37,027 nt of DNA from Bdellovibrionales bacterium (GTDB taxonomy: Bacteria > Bdellovibrionota > Bdellovibrionia > Bdellovibrionales > JAGQZY01): NCBI GenBank assembly GCA_041736775.1, contig JBGSSY010000232.1:1-37027 (forward strand), written 5' to 3'. The first letter of the stretch is position 1. Each line of letters begins with the position of its first letter. The notes beneath the pieces are model-generated. The model did not search any database, was not told where the DNA came from, and was given only the letters and a program-made list of their open reading frames with translations. The translations under genes were made by a program, and so were the position numbers. Positions 33,127 to 37,027 of this stretch are shown piece after piece.

Positions 33127-33603
33127 CTAAATAAATATTAAACCATCATTATCTTCGGTCGTTCTTTTAATAATGATTTTCCCTGCATAAAAACCGATGA
33201 CAAGTATACCTACGGCAGTTCCTATCATTATGCCATTCTCCGGACTACCAAAGTAATTTCCAACTGCTGATCCAGTCGCTCCTGCAGTTGTAACCAGCAG
33301 AAAAGCTTGAAAGTGAAGGTAGTTAGTTTTTTCGAGCACTCTTCTTTTTCTATTTTTGAACTTAGTAAAATCAGGTTTAGAATCAGAATTGTGTGCGTGA
33401 ATGAGAGCGATTAACTCATCCAAATCTTGCTCGTATAGATCGCTATTAAAATAGTCTTTAATTTTTTTGCTACCTTTGGACATTTGGTTAATACTATTGT
33501 TAGTAACATTGGAAATGTAATTTAAAGAATCCTGAGATCGCTTGGTAATGATTTTAGAAGCTTTCAAACCAGTTCTACGAATCCTATTATACGTCTTTTT
33601 CAT
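33127..33603 (-). CDS. hypothetical membrane protein
   Basis: 158 aa with C-terminal hydrophobic segments (LLVTTAGATGSAVGNYF, IMIGTAVGILVIGFYAG). Confidence 0.4.
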   Translation of the reverse strand: MKKTYNRIRRTGLKASKIITKRSQDSLNYISNVTNNSINQMSKGSKKIKDYFNSDLYEQDLDELIALIHAHNSDSKPDFTKFKNRKRRVLEKTNYLHFQAFLLVTTAGATGSAVGNYFGSPENGIMIGTAVGILVIGFYAGKIIIKRTTEDNDGLIFI

Positions 33604-33870
33604 ATAAATTTTCCGCCTTTCGATTCTTATTCAGAATGCAAGCCATGTGCTAGACGCAATTGAGTTATTAGCTTTAGGGGTCTGATTTTTTGCTTAAATG
33701 CCAAAAATTGTTATTTGAAGCGCTTCATAAATGCTTCCTGTAAGGGCTGCAAAGCCAGCAATAGACCTTAAGTCCCCAGGTTCTAGCTCCCGCTCTCTTC
33801 GTATACTAGCGTGATTAGAGCTAATATAGGCAAGCCACGGCCTTTTCCCTCTGAAAAGGGGTCATTTTAG

Positions 33871-33911
33871 GTGAAGCATTCGTGAAGCTTCCGTGAAGCA
33901 AACTCGTGAAA
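33871..33911 (+). repeat. four phased direct repeats GTGAAGC/GTGAAAC (candidate arm-type recombinase or iteron sites)
   Basis: GTGAAGC at 33871, 33882 and 33893, and GTGAAAC at 33905. Spacing is 11, 11 and 12 nt. Located in the non-coding arm ~120 bp inside the tRNA-proximal repeat. Confidence 0.5.
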
Positions 33912-34026
33912 CGTCATGATATTTCATTAAAAAATAGGCATAACAGCAAAACCCCCTCTGTGGGATTTCAATTACTTACAATTATTAGGGATTTTTTGTG
34001 CTGTTTTTTTGGGATTTTAGGTCAAA

Positions 34027-34110
<84 letters not shown>

Positions 34111-34339
34111 AAGGATATGAAATTGTAAAGAGCTATCAGTTATGAAGAAGGCGGGGCTTAATGTCAATCAAAGTCCCGCGCGGGGAGTGGGATTTGCTGA
34201 TGGTATGATCTGTTTTGCCCTGTAAAAGACCCAAAACTTTTAAATCCTTGGGGCATTGCGACTTTAGTCCTTTGAACTTTAGAGGGGGCTTTTAAGAGAA
34301 TTGGTTTATTTGCTTCTCCTAAGACCCTATAATAAAGGG

Positions 34340-35740
34340 ATGTTACGACACCCTTGTTTCCTCGCCCTAGTTTTGTTTTTTTCATTTTTTTTCGCATCAG
34401 CAGAAGAGAAAAAACCGGCCTACTTACTTCTTCCAAAAGACATTTACTTTCAGCCCGCCGGTGGTCTTCGTGTTCGCTACGATAAACTCAATGACGGAAC
34501 GGGAAAGGCCTTCACCAGCGAAGAAGACGATTCACGGGTGCAACAAAGAGCACAATTTGATGTGAAACTTCTTAAGGGTGAGTACTTTGAAACTTTCTTT
34601 CGTTTTATCCACTTTAGTGAGTGGGGCGAATCGGTTGGTAATACCATTAGTCCCCAAAAAGATGCCTTTAATCGAGGCAATGGACTTCTTGTCAACCAAG
34701 CTTGGGCCCTTTGGAAGGTGGATGACTCTTTAGGGATTCAGCTTGGCCGAGCTCCACTTAATTTTGGTCTGGGTTTTGTCTATGGTTATAATGACTGGTT
34801 CAATGTTCCTTACACTTTTGATTATTTTGATTTTGCTTGGGATTGGGAGTCTCTGAATCTTTCTCTGATTTACGCTAAAATCGAAGAGCTCGAAAGAGTT
34901 TCAGGGCAAACATTAAGTCCTGATCCTGAAGAGAACCACATTATTATCAACATTGATGTTAAAAATTTATCTGACGCTTTAGAAACATTTAACTTTAATA
35001 TCGTGCAAGTCAACCGTGACTTAGGTTCAAATGATGGTGGCGCCAGTGTTCTTAATGGTCTCAATATGCAAAAGTTCTCTCTAGAAACCGCGCTCAATTT
35101 TAGAAATTTCTTTTCTACTCTTTTTATCTCCTATGGGACGGGCGACGAAAAAGTCGCACCCGTTAATCAAGTCGGTGGTATCGAAAATGTGAGAATATCA
35201 CACACCGCTCTTGATTTTAAATTAGGGTATCGCTCTCAAGAGCTGGGGGGCTTAAGAATCTGGGGAGGAATTCATTCTGACTCCGGTGATAAAACGCCTG
35301 GTGATAACGAATCTCAAACTTTTAATCCGCTTTATTACAATGTTTATGGTCAATCAGGTCTGATGGATCTTTTGCGTTGGGGTAATCTCAGTTTTTATCG
35401 CATTGGTCTTGATATCGATATATTTACCGGCCTTAAACTGGGATCAGAATGGCTGTCCTTTTCTCGAACCGAAGTGGCCGATGGTATAAACTTCGGAGAC
35501 TCAGGACGCTTTTTGGATAGTCGAATTGCTTCAGGAGATATCATTCTTGGTCCTGGTAAAGAGCTTGGCAGTGAGCTTGATCTGTGGGCCGACTGGAACT
35601 TTCAGAGTGGGGTGAACGTACGAGCCACAGTTTCTTCATTCTTTCCTAATGGTGCGTTTAAAGAAGCCACCAGTGTATCTGGCTCCAGCCCCTCCAGTGC
35701 CATCACCCAGTTCTTGGCGCAAGTGGGTTACTTTTTTTAA
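34340..35740 (+). CDS. outer-membrane beta-barrel protein (alginate-export/porin-like)
   Basis: ATG at 34340 after AAAGGG gives the signal peptide MLRHPCFLALVLFFSFFFASA. Alternating beta-strand-like composition and a C-terminal ...VGYFF aromatic terminus typical of OMPs. Confidence 0.6.
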   Translation: MLRHPCFLALVLFFSFFFASAEEKKPAYLLLPKDIYFQPAGGLRVRYDKLNDGTGKAFTSEEDDSRVQQRAQFDVKLLKGEYFETFFRFIHFSEWGESVGNTISPQKDAFNRGNGLLVNQAWALWKVDDSLGIQLGRAPLNFGLGFVYGYNDWFNVPYTFDYFDFAWDWESLNLSLIYAKIEELERVSGQTLSPDPEENHIIINIDVKNLSDALETFNFNIVQVNRDLGSNDGGASVLNGLNMQKFSLETALNFRNFFSTLFISYGTGDEKVAPVNQVGGIENVRISHTALDFKLGYRSQELGGLRIWGGIHSDSGDKTPGDNESQTFNPLYYNVYGQSGLMDLLRWGNLSFYRIGLDIDIFTGLKLGSEWLSFSRTEVADGINFGDSGRFLDSRIASGDIILGPGKELGSELDLWADWNFQSGVNVRATVSSFFPNGAFKEATSVSGSSPSSAITQFLAQVGYFF

Positions 35741-36355
35741 ATGATCAATCAACTGATTCTCAAATTTCAAAGACTTCCCAAACTTTTTGTCGGCTTTATG
35801 GCTCTGCTCATAGCTCTTGTTGGTCTCTCTATTTATGATCCCCCTAAAACCATCTGTGATGTGCAAATGGATGAAGTGAACTCTCGATTGGTCAAAGGTT
35901 TTTACCAAGATAATTCTGAAGGTTTGTATGGTCAGTCCATCAAAGACGCGTTTGATTTTTGTATCAGCACGAACTCACCCGGTGGTTGTTTTGATATGTT
36001 CACTCGTCTCACATTTTTTGAAAAACAAATTAAAACCATTCCCGAAAATTGTGGCTCTCATACAAAAATTGAACCGATCAAACGCGCCCTGGACCGCGCC
36101 CTCAAACTTTTTGTGGAGCTCGCTTGGGGAGATGAACCCCCCAATAACAAATACAATAAAACCTCTTGGCTTGATCAAAGAGACATCGGACTTTTTTGTC
36201 GTCTCAAAAACGAATACATCCGTCTTTTTGGCCCTGACACCTGGAAAGCCCACATGGGCGCCATTGCCCCCGGCCTCCCCGGCGTTGAATCCCTCCAGAA
36301 AAAAGACATCTGGGAGAAATCCCTCTTCTCCTACCCCTGTAAAGGCCTCTACTAA
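35741..36355 (+). CDS. hypothetical membrane-anchored protein
   Basis: The start abuts the previous stop (TAAATG). N-terminal TM LFVGFMALLIALVGLSIY. Six cysteines in the soluble part. Confidence 0.5.
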   Translation: MINQLILKFQRLPKLFVGFMALLIALVGLSIYDPPKTICDVQMDEVNSRLVKGFYQDNSEGLYGQSIKDAFDFCISTNSPGGCFDMFTRLTFFEKQIKTIPENCGSHTKIEPIKRALDRALKLFVELAWGDEPPNNKYNKTSWLDQRDIGLFCRLKNEYIRLFGPDTWKAHMGAIAPGLPGVESLQKKDIWEKSLFSYPCKGLY

Positions 36356-36474
36356 TAACTGATGAGCGGTTCTCGAAAACGCATCAAATCCATTTGTTTA
36401 GAAAAATTAAATAAACTTATTAATAAAAATAAAAATGTTAAAAGGCTCTTAAGCTACTTTAAGACCAGAGCTTT

Positions 36475-37027
36475 TTAAGTCATTAGTTCTGTAACCGGTT
36501 GATAAAAACGGTTTCGGCGTGGATAACCTGAGCTAAATGCGCCGTAATATCCAATACCCTGACCATCCGGAGTTGCGAAGGCGTATTCACTGGGTGTGAC
36601 GCCCATTAACTGTAACAGTGTGATCAGAAAACAATTGTACGGAGTGTTACCTCCTGCGTACGGTCGGTCACCAGTTTGAGATCGTGGAACTGTCATATAG
36701 CGACCGGCACGAATTCTTCCACCCATTGAACCAATAAGTATTTGTTGTGAATCAAGACCGTTATGTCCACCGTCGCCGCCAGGATTAGCAAAACCTCCAG
36801 AACAAATCATTCCGGTGATCATATTATCAATGTAACTTCTTCCAGTATTCCCCTCTTCTTGTTCAAGGTGGACAAGAAAACGATTTGATACGAGGTTTGA
36901 AAAGTAGCGCCACCAATTGATTTTAGCATTTCTTTGTAGATCAGCTCCACCGGCTCCGTGCATAACATCATGAAAGCCTTGTCCATTGGTTCCAAGCGAA
37001 GGAATCCACTGTGGGTTATGACCTTCA
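36475..37027 (-). CDS. hypothetical protein, C-terminal part (possibly DUF1552-like); continues past the right edge
   Basis: The frame stays open upstream of the track's Met (…EGHNPQWIPSLGTNGQGFHDVMHGAGG…), so the gene is truncated by the window. The family guess comes from general resemblance only. Confidence 0.45.
   Translation of the reverse strand, partial: EGHNPQWIPSLGTNGQGFHDVMHGAGGADLQRNAKINWWRYFSNLVSNRFLVHLEQEEGNTGRSYIDNMITGMICSGGFANPGGDGGHNGLDSQQILIGSMGGRIRAGRYMTVPRSQTGDRPYAGGNTPYNCFLITLLQLMGVTPSEYAFATPDGQGIGYYGAFSSGYPRRNRFYQPVTELMT

Noticed and set aside
35928-36362. ORFs 35928-36362 (+, 144 aa) and 35975-36253 (-, 92 aa)
   Set aside because: They are alternative frames of the 35741-36355 gene. 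That gene has a TM anchor, abuts the upstream stop and has a more protein-like sequence. The alternatives are P/S/T-rich frame artefacts.

Overview
The window is AT-rich Gram-negative-type chromosomal DNA; I cannot assign a taxon from sequence alone. It is dominated by a ~31 kb integrative conjugative element (ICE). The ICE appears bounded by a 15-bp direct repeat at 3100-3114 and 34027-34041, and the right copy overlaps the 3' end of a tRNA-Pro(UGG) gene (34034-34110, minus strand).

Reading left to right, the ICE contains:
- a tyrosine integrase and an excisionase;
- a long GC-ended imperfect palindrome (candidate oriT);
- a minus-strand, translationally coupled Trb/VirB-like type IV secretion operon (VirB2, B3, B4, TrbJ, B6, B8, B9, B10, coupling protein, lipoprotein, replication-relaxation-like protein), interrupted by an AbiEi/AbiEii pair and a thermonuclease-like lipoprotein gene;
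- a regulatory module (two sigma-70 region-4-only proteins, an XRE repressor-like protein, a membrane protein);
- a ~12.4 kb cargo block (20.6-33.0 kb) that looks like a composite, unclassified defence locus.

The cargo block has three parts. The first is a DNA methyltransferase. The second, divergent from it, is a five-gene coupled operon: unknown 174 aa, HKD/PLD-nuclease-SF2-helicase fusion, acidic 63 aa, DndD-type SMC-like ATPase with a central CxxC, and a DndE-sized ORF. The third follows a terminator and a perfect 28-bp palindrome: a three-gene operon of a mini PD-(D/E)xK nuclease, a ParB/DndB-like DGLQR protein, and a 1134-aa RecB-like-nuclease/RNaseH-like/SF1B-helicase.

No sulfur-insertion genes (DndA/DndC-like) are present, so this is not a canonical Dnd or Ssp system.

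The flanks (1-3.1 kb and 34.1-37 kb) are visibly GC-richer in spot checks. They carry ordinary-looking genes: a fatty-acid desaturase, secreted or hypothetical proteins, an outer-membrane beta-barrel, and a partial ORF at each edge. No CRISPR array and no rRNA were seen. All family assignments come from motif recognition by eye; no searches were run.
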